A stretch of 64,000 nucleotides of DNA from assembly GCA_002269645.1 (NCBI GenBank), contig NIVC01000594.1, positions 454,011 to 518,010 of the forward strand. Direction: 5' to 3'. The stretch comes from Macrostomum lignano. Its lineage: Eukaryota. A program made the translations under genes and the position numbers. Shown one piece after another: positions 38,481 to 50,609 of the stretch (position 1 is its first letter; every line of letters starts with the position of its first letter). The notes under the pieces were generated by a model. That model had not been told where the DNA came from. It searched no databases and was given only the letters and a program-made list of their open reading frames with translations.

Positions 38481-39019
38481 ATGTTAGACAATTATCTAAA
38501 AGAGAATTAAATCTGAAAACAATAAAGACATTTTCACCAATAGCTGCTAAGCGAAGAAGGTTAACCTGTTTAATGTAATTTGTAATTGTACAGAAAGTGC
38601 AAACGCCAAGTTCATAGTAAACTTAAAAGTGCATCGCAAGACAAACAGACAATATCCATGTGCCATGACTGTACTGCGACGAAATAAAAACGCAATTTTA
38701 TTACTATAATTAGGTATTACGCATTTTCTAAGCTAAAAATAGGCAAAATTAGCATTCGCTTACTATAAGTAGCATGGTTGGAAACTTAAACAAAGCAAAG
38801 AGGAAAAATTAAACAAAAAAAACTGAAATATAACTGGCCATTTTTTTAAAATGAACTTTTTATAAGCGAAACTGTGACAGATCGGAGAGGCAAAGTATTT
38901 CGAAAATTCGGTCGAGCGCTGCAGTTCTGATAGAAATACAGAAGCATAAGCTGAGTAAAACAAATTCCTGGCTAACGAAAAGGATAATAATTAAGAGAGA
39001 AACTGCCTAACATCAACCT

Positions 39020-39930
39020 CAAAGTCTCACCCTTAATGAGATTATCGATTTCTTAACATCTCACCCCTAAGGAGATGATCGATTTATCAAAATCTCTGCA
39101 TCCCTAAGGAGATTATTGATTTCTTAAAATCTCTGCATCCCTAATGAGATTATTGATTTCTCAAAATCTCTGCATCCCTAATGAGATTATTGATTTCTCA
39201 AAATCTCACCCCTAATGAGATTATCGATTTCTCAAAATCTCACCCAATGAGATTATCGATTTCTGTAAATCTCACCCCTGTTGAGATTATCGATCTCTCA
39301 AAATCTCACCCTAATGAGATTATCGATTTCTGTAAATCTCAGCCCTGTTCAGATTATCGATTTCTGTAAATCTCACCCCTGTTTTTCATCGATTTTTCAT
39401 AATCTCACCCCTAATCAGATAATCGATTTTTCATAATCTCACCCCTAATGAGTTTATCGATTTTTCTAAATCTCACCCTAATGAGGTTATCGATTTCTCT
39501 AAATCTCACCCTAATGAGATCATCGATTTTAAAAATCTCACCCTAATGAGATTATCGATTTCTCTAAATCTCACCCCTGATGAGATCATCGATTTCTCAA
39601 AATCTCACCCTAATGAGATCATCGATTTTAAAAATCTCACCCTAATGAGATTATCGATTTCTCAAAATCTCACCCTAATGAGATTATCGATTTCTCAAAA
39701 TCTCACCCTAATGAGATTATCGATTTCTCAAAATCTCACCCTAATGAGATTATCGATTTCTCTAAATCTCACCCTAATGAGATTATCGATTTCTTTAAAT
39801 CTCACCCTAAGGAGATTATCGATTTCTCTAAATCTCACCCCTGTTAAAATCATCGATTTCTCAAAATCTCATTCTAATGAGATCATCGATTTTTCATAAT
39901 CTCATCCCTAATGAGTTTATCGATTTCTCA
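39020..39930. repeat. 32-33-bp minisatellite AAATCTCACCCTAATGAGATTATCGATTTCTC
   Basis: About 27 units with internal inverted segments. Confidence 0.92.
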
Positions 39931-40107
39931 AAGTCCCACTTTTCTCGTCCCTAGTACCTTACTTACTACTGACTGGGGCCGCGAGGCCCCTATCGCAACC
40001 CCAAGGTAAAAGAGCACAAGGATTAGGGATTATATCTTGAAGATCTGCACTTTAATAATGCTGCAGAGCAGTCGCGCAGAGGCAGCTGAGTTCAGTCAGA
40101 TCCCTAA

Positions 40108-41260
40108 TTAATCTTCATCCTCAGGCGGCGGCACGATGGTGACAGGCCGATGGGCGTGGTGCAGCACGTAGTCGCTGACAGATCCCAGGAAGGCCCTGCG
40201 CAGCTTCCCGATTCCGCGCGAGCCCATCACGATGAGGGCGACATCCTCCTCATCAGCGATTTGCACGATGGCCTGCGTTGCAGCGTTGAAGAAGTACAAG
40301 GATGAGGCTCGTGTTCGACTTTTTTAAATTGGCAGAAGAAGTAGAGTAGTAAATATATATAGAGCGTTTTTTCATGCATGTGGTACCTGAAAGAGTTAAC
40401 CTTCAAAATATCCTGACTTAACACCCTCGTGCTGGCGCCCCTGGTGCTGGCACCTCTGGTGCTGGCGCCCCTGGTGCAAAAGCCCCTGGTGCAAAATCTC
40501 CTGGTGCTAAAGCCCCTGGTTCTAAAGCCCCTGATGCTAAAGCCCCTGGTGCTGAATCTCCTGATGCTAAAGCCCCTGGTTCTAAAGCCCCTGGTGCTAA
40601 AGCCCTTGGTGCTAAAGCCTCTGGTTCTAAAGCCCCTTGGTGCTAAAGCCCCTGGTGCTAAATCTCCTAATGCTGGCGCCCTTATCATGGTACGGGCGCC
40701 AGCTGAAGCCCCATAGCACTCACACACGCTCACACAGGGTGCACAGCGATCGTGACTTTCTAATCGTCAGACATGTACAATCTCTGTGCCATGGGGGTTG
40801 GACCTCATGGCTGGGAATGAATGGGTGCTGCTGGTGAGAGTCGGACGCGAGGCCAGTCAGACGCATATGTCAGCTACTCGCCGATATGTATCGATAAAAC
40901 GCATAACTAAAGGCCACAAACCTGCCCGGTGCCGTGGGCAATACGCTCCAAGAAGCGGATGTGCGCGATGCCCAGCGACTGGCAGAGCTCGCGCACGTGA
41001 CCGGCCAGCTGCTTGGCCTCGGCCACCTTCTCCTCCACGGCCTTGGCGTACACCTCCCCGGCTGCCACCCCCGCCATGCCGAAACCGATGGCCACCTCCG
41101 GCGGCTCGCTGACGTTGGCGAAGATCACCTGGTCGGTGTCGCGTTTGATGTGCTCGGCGTAGAACCGGAGGCCGCGCTCGCTGTGCTGGCTGCGGTCGAT
41201 GCCGATGAGCACCTTCCGGCCTTGGTGCTGCTGCTGCTCACCGCTGGTGCTGGTTGCCAT
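40108..41260 (-). CDS. Universal stress protein (USP domain, ATP-binding type), 167 aa
   Basis: Exons 41260-40922 and 40272-40108 (GT-AG, phase 0). RKVLIGID.S..S..ALR-type N-terminus and LIVMGSRGIGKLRRAFLGSVSDYVLHHA carrying G-2X-G-9X-GS. Confidence 0.92.
40428..40700. repeat. 15-bp minisatellite CCCTGGTGCTAAAGC in the USP intron
   Basis: 15-nt period; terminal units read CTGGCGCCCC. Confidence 0.9.
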
Positions 41261-41314
41261 GCGGAATCTGAGGGATTCGATTTCGGTGTCAAATGAATAT
41301 CTCCCACACAATCT

Positions 41315-41620
41315 GAGACACGAGAGGCGCCACAATCTGAAATGACAAGAGGCGCCACAATCTAAGATAACAAAAGGCGCCACAATCTGAGAAACAAAGA
41401 GGCGCCACAATCTGAGACACGAGAGGCGCCACAATCTGAGACACGAGAGGCGCCACAATCTGAGACACGAGAGGCGCCACAATCTGAGACACGAGAGGCG
41501 CCACAATCTAAGATAACAAAAGGCACCACAATGTAAGTCACGAGAGGTTCCAAAATCTGAGATAACAAGAGGCGCCACAATCTAAGACACAAGGGCGCCA
41601 TATCATACAAAACAAGCGCC
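41315..41620. repeat. 24-bp minisatellite GAGGCGCCACAATCTGAGACACGA, probably in a USP 5'-UTR intron
   Basis: 24-nt period. On the minus strand a donor-like GTGAGT lies at ~41696 and an acceptor just before the ATG. Confidence 0.88.
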
Positions 41621-42344
41621 AAGCGAACGCATATCCAGCATCAAAGCAGAATCAAATTAATAAAAAACTACAGAAATCTGGCTATAAAAAGACTCACCAG
41701 TCTCAAATTCTAGAATAGAATTTACAGTTCTGCAAGATAAAAAACTTTGTTAAAACGCCTGGCTGCTCCCGGGTCTGTGGGAAAACTGTGGCAGACAGAG
41801 ACAAAGCCAAAATAAGGGCGAGTTGATCAAGCCGGGGCTCAAATTTTAAAGCCTCTTTGCTGACAGGTTCTGATAGGGTCTGGGAAGGAGAGAGGAAGAG
41901 GAGCTGGAAGGTTTGAGAAAAGAAGGGATCGAAAGATAAGCAAAGAGCTGCCAGACCTCGCTTCTCTGAGCTGTGGAGAATGGGGAAGGTAGCTTATATA
42001 GTTGAGATTGATTAAAAAATGAAGGTCGATGTCAATGCATGAGTCTGTGTGTATTTGGCCACTATTGCCTATGGAATATATGCTAATATATGCTTAATAT
42101 AGGGGATTGCGCCCCATCCTGCCATTGGTTGAACATGCAGCTCCCTATGCATGCGAAAATCCCGCCTGCAGATCCTTCGACCGCGTACACCATCTCAAAC
42201 AGGAAGGTGGGGATCTGGGAGGAGGCAAGTAAGGGAGAAGAAAATATATTATTAGTAAGAGGCGAGGTCTGAGGGTGGAGGGTTGGTGCTTCTGGAGGGG
42301 GCGGGGGGGGGGGTAATATCGATCGATTTTCGTCAGAGAAAGAC

Positions 42345-42388
<44 letters not shown>

Positions 42389-42769
42389 GAACTGCAAGTT
42401 AAACCGGGTGTACACTAATCCCTTCTGGCTGAGGGATAGGGATTAGTAAAGAGAGAGAGAGGAACAGAAAAAATCCAGAAGCCTTTAGTTAGTCAAAGAC
42501 TGTACATAGCTATGGGCAGTGCACACTCACACACCCCCATGTCCTGCTGCTGCCGTACACTCAGTGAGCAAATTTATGAAGCAAAGATTCCAGAAATATA
42601 GCTTGTATGCGCGTGAGGGATAGAGGGAAAGGGAGAGAAGGCAAAAGCCGGGGGAGTCAAGGAGGTCACAAACGAAAAACTGGAGTAGGAAGGCAAAAGG
42701 TCGTAGAAGACCGACAAATAATCTTGATCGACCATTAAAACTCTGAATTAAACGTTTTGAGTTTAGCAT

Positions 42770-44020
42770 TTGGCGCTAAAATCTAGCCTTCTGTGGCGCT
42801 GAATTGGCACTAAAATCTAGCCTGTGGAGCTGAATTGGCGCTAAAATCTAGCCTGTGGAGCTGAATTGGCGCTAAAATCTAGCCTGTGGAGCTGAATTGG
42901 CGCTAAAATCTAGCCTTCTGTGGCGCTGAATTGGCGCTAAAATCTAGCCTTCTGTGGCGCTGAATTGGCGCTAAAATCTAGCCTTCTGTGGCGCTGAATT
43001 GGCGCTAAAATCTAGCCTGTAGAGCTGAATTGGCGCTAAAATCTAGCCTGTGGAGCTGAATTGGCGCTAAAATCTAGCCTTCTCTGGAGCTGAATTGGCG
43101 CTAAAATCTAGCCTGTGGAGCTGAATCGGCGCTAAAATCTAGCCTGTGGAGCTGAATTGGCGCTAAAATCTAGCTTTCTGTGGCGCTAAATTGGCGCTAA
43201 AATCTAGCCTGTAGAGCTGAATTGGCGCTAAAATCTAGCCTGTGGAGCTGAATTGGCGCTAAAATCTAGCCTTCTCTGGAGCTGAATTGGCGCTAAAATC
43301 TAGCCTGTGGAGCTGAATCGGCGCTAAAATCTAGCCTGTGGAGCTAAATTGGCGCTAAAATCTAGCTTTCTGTGGCGCTAAATTGGCGCTAAAATCTAGC
43401 CTGTAGAGCTGAATTGGCGCTAAAATCTAGCCTGTGGAGCTGAATTGGCGCTAAAATCTAGCCTTCTCTGGAGCTGAATTGGCGCTAAAATCTAGCCTGT
43501 GGAGCTGAATCGGCGCTAAAATCTAGCCTGTGGAGCTAAATTGGCGCTAAAATCTAGCTTTCTGTGGCGCTGAATTGGTGCTAAAATCTAGCCTGTGGAG
43601 CTGAATTGGCGCTAAAATCTAGCCTTCTCTGGAGCTGAATTGGCGCTAAAATCTAGCAAAATGGAGCTGAATCGGCGCTAAAATCTAGCTTTCTGTGGCG
43701 CTGAATTAGCGCTAAAATCTAGCCTGTGGAGCTGAATTGGCGCTAAAATCTAGCCTTCTCTGGAGCTGAATTGGCGCTAAAATCTAGACTGAGGAGCTGA
43801 ATTGGCGCTAAAATCTAGCCTTCTGTGGCGCTGGATTTGCGCTAAAATCTAGCCTGTGGAGCTGAATTGGCGCTAAAATCTAGCCTTCTGTGGCGCTGAA
43901 TTGGCGCTAAAATCTAGCAAAATGGAGCTGAATCGGCGCTAAAATCTAGCCTGTGGAGCTGAATCGGCGCTAAAATCTAGCCTTCTGTGGAGCTGAATTG
44001 GCACATTAGAAAGAAAACCC
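42770..44020. repeat. 31-34-bp minisatellite GAGCTGAATTGGCGCTAAAATCTAGCC(TTC)TGTG between USP and G-gamma
   Basis: About 38 units in two length variants. Confidence 0.95.
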
Positions 44021-44421
44021 ATGCAGCGAAAAGCACTCCAGTTTCTGACTCCGGGTGTCCTTGAATGGCTGACTTGTACAGCCCAGGACCGCCAACTGCT
44101 AGGAGGAGGGGTTGTAGCCATGGGGAGAGGGGGAAGGAAGACATAGCAAAACTGGGAGTGGCCTTCCAAAGCCTTCGTCGTTTCCATCCCCACCCCATAC
44201 CCCCCCCCAGTGGCTGAAGGCAATATTAGAGCATTTTAGAATATTTTTGGCCCAAGTCCTTTAGTCAAGACAGCCTTCGAAAATCGTATACCACAGCTGC
44301 AGCAGTATAGCAGGCACCTTCAGGGACTCACAGGTATGCGAATTTTTCTTTAAAAGGTGTTACTAAAAGTAAATCGGATCTCTAACTATCTATCTAATAA
44401 CTGTTTTCCAGCCTCCGAAAA

Positions 44422-44622
44422 ATGTCCTCCATCGCTCAGCAGAAGAAAATTGTCGAGCAGCTCCGAGTTGAGGCCGGCATGGCCCGCAAGCCGGTGTCCG
44501 AGTGTGTCCGGGACATGGTTCAGTTTATGGAAAGCAACAAGGACAAGGATTTCATCGTGTCCGGTTTCGCGTCCAAGAAGGACAATCCATTCCAGGAAAA
44601 GGGAGGCTGCATGTTGCTCTGA
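44422..44622 (+). CDS. Heterotrimeric G-protein gamma subunit (invertebrate G-gamma1 type), 66 aa
   Basis: VEQLR.EA...RK.VSE, NPF.EK and CAAX CMLL (geranylgeranylation-type). A probable 78-nt 5'-UTR intron lies at 44334-44411 (GT..AG). Confidence 0.93.
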   Translation: MSSIAQQKKIVEQLRVEAGMARKPVSECVRDMVQFMESNKDKDFIVSGFASKKDNPFQEKGGCMLL

Positions 44623-45349
44623 GGCTGCCTAAATACAGTGTGTAGCATTGAGGACCAAAAAAGTAATCTGATTGATTGATTTTACAAACTAAATTTGGCC
44701 TTTTTTGACACGAACGACTCCTCTTCTTCGATACTAATATTAATGTTATTCTTCTATTAATTCTTAATTAGTTAGCGATTTGTATGCGGCGGGTTTGTCA
44801 ATCTGCTCTCATTTAAAATTAGTCTATAATTTGTCTAAAGCTACTCGGAGATATCAATTAATTATTAGCTGTGTGATATTATACTTCTTTTTTATTTGAC
44901 ACGCTTACTATCTCCGAAATAACTTTGCTATTATTATAAATTCCTTTCGTTTCTTGAGCCTTTGGATCTTTTTTGATATTTAAACAGTTTGTCAACTTAT
45001 AAATACCAATTTTACAGAGCTGAAATAATGCCGGAATTAATGCAAAGCCACTCGTCACAAGAGTGCACTGATTTCCAGCAAAATTGTCAACAAATAACCC
45101 AGTATAACAAACAACAAGCCTATGCAGCTTAATCTAAGTCGATTTTGTAACTTTGTTTTAATCATACACCTGCGTTTCAATGTTTACTCAGTCATAAATT
45201 GTTTAACACAATATACCTGTAATTCAACAACAATATACACACGTACAGAAAATTTAGCAAATACTTGATTAATCATTTGCTGCTAAAAATGTGCATTTTG
45301 CGTTTCTTTGCGAACACGATACTAACGATTCGACCCCGGAGCTTACAAT

Positions 45350-46690
45350 CCAATTTTGGAGCTTGCAGTTCTCTCCTGGAGCTTGCAGTCCAATTCTGGA
45401 GCTTTCAGTTCTCTGCTGGAGCTTTCAGTTTTCTGCTGGAGCTTGCAGTTCTCTGCTGGAGCTTGCAGTTCTCTCCTGGAGCTTGCAGTTCTCTCCTGGA
45501 GCTTGCAATCCAATCAAAAAGCTAACAGTCCTCTCCTGGAGCTTGCAGTGCAATCATAAAGCTTCCAGTTCTCTCCTGGAGTTTGCAGTCCAATCCTAGA
45601 GCTTGCAGTCCAATCATAAAGCTTACAGTCCTCTCCTGAGCTTACAGTGCAATCATGGAGCTTCCAGTTCTCTCCTGAAGCTTCCAGTTCTCTCCTGGAG
45701 CTTACAGTTCTCTCCTGGAGCTTGCAATCCAATCAAAAAGCTTACAGTCCTCTCCTGGAGCTTGCAGTGCAATCATAAAGCTTGCAGTTCTCTCCTGGAG
45801 CTTGCAATCCAATCAAAAAGCTTACAGTCCTCTCCTGGAGCTTGCAGTGCAATCATAAAGCTTACAGTTCTCTCCTGGAGCTTGCAGTCCAATTCTGGAG
45901 CTTTCAGTTCTCTGCTGGAGCTTTCAGTTTTCTGCTGGAGCTTGCAGTTCTCTGCTGGAGCTTGCAGTTCTCTCCTGGAGCTTGCAGTTCTCTCCTGGAG
46001 CTTGCAATCCAATCAAAAAGCTTACAGTCCTCTCCTGGAGCTTGCAGTGCAATCATAAAGCTTCCAGTTCTCTCCTGGAGCTTGCAGTCCAATCCTAGAG
46101 CTTGCAGTCCAATCATAAAGCTTACAGTCCTCTCCTGAGCTTACAGTGCAATCATGGAGCTTCCAGTTCTCTCCTGAAGCTTCCAGTTCTCTCCTGGAGC
46201 TTACAGTTCTCTCCTGGAGCTTGCAATCCAATCAAAAAGCTTACAGTCCTCTCCTGGAGCTTGCAGTGCAATCATAAAGCTTACAGTTCTCTCCTGGAGC
46301 TTGCAATCCAATCAAAAAGCTTACAGTCCTCTCCTGGAGCTTGCAGTCCTCTCCTGGAGCTTACAGTCCTCTCCTGGAGCTTACAGTCCAATCCTGGAGC
46401 TTACAGTCTAACCCTGGAGCTTGCAGTCGAATCATAAAGCTTACAGTCCTCTCCTGGAGCTTGCAGTCCAATACTGGAGCTTACAGTCCAATCCTGGAGC
46501 TTACAGTCCAATCCTGGAGCTTACAGTCCAATCCTGGAGCTTACAGTCCAATCCTGGAGCTTACAGTCCAATCCTGGAGCTTACAGTCTAATCCTGGAGC
46601 TTACAGTCCAATCCTGGAGCTTACAGTCCAATCCTGGAGCTTACAGTCCAATCCTGGAGTTTACAGTCCAATCCTGGAGCTTAAAGTCCA
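45350..46690. repeat. 20-bp minisatellite (CTGGAGCTT[G/A]CAGT core) with a 499-bp higher-order duplication
   Basis: Variant strings recur at 45391/45890 and 45601/46100. Confidence 0.93.
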
Positions 46691-47258
46691 ATCAGTAACT
46701 ATCCATTAAGCAGTCTATCGGAGCTTTGAAGACAGCTCCCAACTTACAGGATTCATTTGAATGTTAAATCAATTATGGGGCTTACAGTCACCTTATAAAG
46801 CTTTAAGTTTATTCTGGAGCTTATAGGTATTTACTAGCTGTCTTTTACATCTTACACAGCCACACAATTGAAAGAAATGAAGCACTATACCTCTATTTAT
46901 TTCAGTTAATCATCACGTCAGTTGATAAAAAATTATAATGTGTATCTTTTAGCGAAACAATTTATTTTCTTTGAATAATACCGTAACTGAAAGAAAAAAT
47001 ATTAAATATAGTTAAATTATCAGACAAATAAAAAACTAGGGCACTTCAACTTTGGCAGCTATTGAGAAATAATATGCCATGATATAAATTAACCGAAAAT
47101 CGTATTGAATTAAAAGCGATTGCGACATGAATCACCTTGCAAAGACAGTTTTGCACTGTGCGTCCAGATTGTTAATACTCATAAAAACGTTTGAAGTTCG
47201 TCATTTCATGTGTCATATATAATAATTAATAAATATATCTAAATATACTAAATCTTCT

Positions 47259-47866
47259 TCCTATATACTAAAAATGAGTTGTCTGTGGGTATGCGATAGA
47301 TTTCAGAAAAATTGGCTCAACCGATTTTCTTCAAATCCTATATACTAAAAATGAGTTGTCTGTGGGTATGCGATAGATTTCAGAAAAATTGGCTCAACCG
47401 ATTTTCTTCAAACTTGCACCATTCGATCAGAAATTTTCCTGGGACGGTACATGCATCTTGGCTAAGAAATTGCTCAATGTTAAAGGGATTAAATATTCGA
47501 AAAACATGCTTTTTTGCAAAGGTCAAGCAGCTCTTTCGACCTGAAATGCATTGTAAGAATGCTAGAGAAAAAACTGACTGACTGAATTCCGATTGTGATA
47601 AAGATTGCATCACAACAAGTTGAAAACAGTACCGAAGAAATGCACACACAACTTGATTTAAATTGCGTAACCATATTGCTAACTTAAATTGAGACTGATA
47701 CTGGCTGACTGAGAAATTGATTATGTCATAACTTTTTACTCCAATTGACTTGCTGAAAGAATTGAATTATAAGGGCCACAATTCATGTTCTCCAATTGAA
47801 AAGAGATAGCCCTGATGCGAACAGACTGGAATGCTAATGTAGCGACCTGGGTTCGAAGCTTAGTAG
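47259..47866 (+). mobile_element. Non-autonomous Helitron-like element with a tandemly duplicated 77-bp 5' end
   Basis: TCCTATATACTAAAAATGAGTTGTCTGTGG..GGCTCAACCGATTTT at 47259 and again at 47336 resembles DINE-1/Lep1-type 5' ends. The 3' end near GCGACCTGGGTTCGAAGCTTAGTAG|T is tentative. Confidence 0.55.
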
Positions 47867-48010
47867 TGCAAAAAGATTTTTTTTATTAAAACACCTTAAA
47901 AACACAACAAAACTGCTAAACATCAAAGAAGCGCAATGTCAAACATAGAAGAGCCAACATATCGAACATAAAAGAGTTACCATGTCAAACATAAAAGAGC
48001 TACCATGTCG

Positions 48011-48602
48011 CCATATAGGAAAAAGTTGTAAAACCGCGGACGGTGTCCGGCGCACTTTTGAAATTTTTCTAAAGCGCAGCGCGCGCATAGGCGCAGCGCC
48101 TGCGCGCGCTGCCCTTTCTTACTGGCTGCTGCTCTAGCAAATACATATACATGGAAATGGGTATAATACCTCTGTTGAAGGGGCTTATACACTCGTAATT
48201 TATTAAGCTTAGAGATGTTCCGAAAATTCAATTTCAATTTTCCAAAATTTGAAATTTTTTAGAGCAAATTTCAATTTCGAAATAAAATTTAGAAGTGAAA
48301 ATTTTGGTAGTGTCTAAAAAGTCGCTAAAAATAAACTACTTTCTACTACATATACATGTATTACTTTTTGCTTAAGCAGTAAATTGAAAGTAAAAAAGTG
48401 AGTGTTGATCATACTAAACTTTGTTTTTCTGAATTATGATTTCGGGAAATTTCAATTTTGATTTTGGAAAGTTAGCGAATTTTGATTTCGACGAAACTGC
48501 AGATCTTTCGGAACATCTCTAATAATCCTAAAGCGCGGTAAAATAGTTTGACTCTTTTCTAAAGCGCGCATCCGCGGGTTTTTAACATTTATTCCAATAG
48601 GG
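48011..48602. mobile_element. Non-autonomous DNA transposon/MITE with imperfect ~30-bp TIRs and an 8-bp flanking duplication
   Basis: Left end CCATATAGGAAAAAGTTGTAAAACCGCGGA versus right-end reverse complement CCCTATTGGAATAAATGTTAAAAACCCGCGGA. CCATGTCG lies at 48003-48010 and 48603-48610, though it is also part of the host repeat unit. Confidence 0.65.
48210..48521. mobile_element. Nested MITE with perfect 16-bp TIR TAGAGATGTTCCGAAA
   Basis: 48210-48225 is the exact reverse complement of 48506-48521. TSD ambiguous (TA, or a diverged 8 bp). Confidence 0.7.
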
Positions 48603-49697
48603 CCATGTCGAACATTAAAGAGCCACCATGTCGAACATTAAAGAGCCACCATGCCAAACATAAAAGAGCCACCATGTCAAACATAAAGAGCCACCATGTC
48701 AAACATTTAGGAGCCACCATGTTAAACATATATGTGACTTTATGTCAAATATTAAAGAGCCACCATGTGAAACATTAAAGAGCCACCATGTCAAACATTT
48801 AAGAGCCACCATGTCAAACCTAAAAGAGCCACCATGTCTAACAGTAAAGAGCCAGCATGTCGAACATTAAAGGGCCACCATGTAGAACATTAAAGAGCCA
48901 CCATGTCAAACAATTAAAAGCCAGCATGTCAAACATAAAAGAACCACTTTGTTGAACACTAAAGAGCCACCATGTCAAACATAAAAGAGACAACATGTCA
49001 GACATTAAAAAGCCACTGTATCAAACATAAAAGAGTTACCATGTAGAACATTAAAGAGCCACCATGTCGAAAATTAAAGAGCCACTATGTAGAATATTAA
49101 AGAGCCACCATGAAGAACATTAAAGAGCCACCATGTCAAACATTTAGAAGCCACCATGTCAAAGATTTAAGAGCCACCATGTCAAACATTTAAGAGCCAC
49201 CATGTCAAACATAAAAGAGCCACCATGTTAAACATTAAAAAGCCACCATGTCAAACATAGAAGAGCCACCATGTCAGATATTAAAAAGAGCCACCATGTC
49301 GAACATTAAAGAGCCACCATGTCAAACATATATGTGACTTTATGTCAAACATTAAAGAGCCACCATTTCAAACATTAAAGAGCCACCATGTCGAACATTA
49401 AAGAGCCACCATGTCAAACATTAAAGAGCCACCATGTAAAACATTAAAGAGCCACCATGTCTAACAGTAAAGAGCCACCATGTCGTACATTAAGGAGCCA
49501 CCATATTGAACATTAAAGAGCCAGCATGTCGAACATAAAGAGCCACCAAGTCAAACATAGGAGACACAATTTCAAACGTAAAAAGAAGCGTCATGCCAAT
49601 CACAAAGGAGCCATTATAAAGCTAAGGAAATTGTTGCACTTGCTACTTATTGTCCGGTGGATGCTTGCTATTTAGTATAGGATCAATACTTGCTATC

Positions 49698-49885
49698 AAT
49701 TGGTTGCTTGCTATCTGGGGTGCTTGCTATCTGGGGGTGCTTGCTATCTGGGGGTGCTTGCTATCTGGGGGTGCTTGCTATCTGGGGGTGCTTGCTATCT
49801 GGTGGTGCTTGCTATCTGGAGGTGCTTGCTATCTGGTGGTGCTTGCTATCTGGAGGTGCTTGCTATCTAGGGGGATGCTTGCTGT
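49698..49885. repeat. 17-bp minisatellite GTGCTTGCTATCTGG[G/T/A]G
   Basis: About 11 units. Confidence 0.9.
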
Positions 49886-50041
49886 CTTAGGATGTTTTCT
49901 TTTTGCATTGCACTTCATCTGAGCAGTTTTTCTATTGACTATGTGAAGGCTTTGTTTGGCCATCTTATTGATACTTGTAGAGAACAGAGATTCTATCTAG
50001 ATGTCCCCCATCGGGGGGCGAAGATTGCTAGTTTTAACTAA

Positions 50042-50540
50042 AATCTGTCAAATGAAACAGCCCGATGAAAACGGTACTGGACCAAGAAGCGTCCCACAGC
50101 TACTTGCGTCGCCCCAGAATCGTTGCAGATAACACAGGAAAGAAGTTGACTCCTGACGACTCTACAACGACAAGATGTCACCGTAAAAGTTGCCAAAAAG
50201 TCGCTAAAGAGCCGCCTAAGAGTCCATTTGAGACGTTTCATTGTCCGCGACTCTGTAAAGACTCTGGGGCGTGCTGGAGTCGCTGTAGAACCACAGAGTT
50301 GCGTCCAAAGCGCACCTGTGTCACTTTATGAATTTCGCATTTATAACAACTCTATTTAGTCTACTTGAGTAGTCCAGTAGTACAACTTAACAACCGACTT
50401 AACAACCGCCTCTCCGTCGCATTAGAGTCGTTAGAATCGTAAAAAGTCACAAGAGTGAGTCGCCTATAGTCAGTTGTTCACAATGATTCTTTAGCGATTC
50501 TTGTCACGATAACGTTTTCAATGGGCTGTTTCCTACAGAT
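50042..50540. mobile_element. Possible MITE with degenerate ~45-bp TIRs, 3' of the cathepsin gene
   Basis: Left AATCTGTCAAATGAAACAGCCCGATGAAAACGG versus right reverse complement ATCTGTAGGAAACAGCCCATTGAAAACG. No clean TSD. Confidence 0.4.
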
Positions 50541-50609
50541 CTAACGAAATCAATAACCAGTCTCTATACAGCTACTTAAGAGTAGCATATACGGGTTGTT
50601 CAAACTCTG

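Larger units (their letters stand above)
47930..49550. repeat. 22-23-bp minisatellite AAAGAGCCACCATGTCAAACATT, interrupted at 48011-48602
   Basis: A few units left of the insertion and ~40 to the right. Confidence 0.93.

Noticed and set aside
39955-40010. LINE-like 3' tail (TAAG repeats with a GC hairpin on the minus strand)
   Set aside because: Too short, with no coding remnant or TSD to support it.
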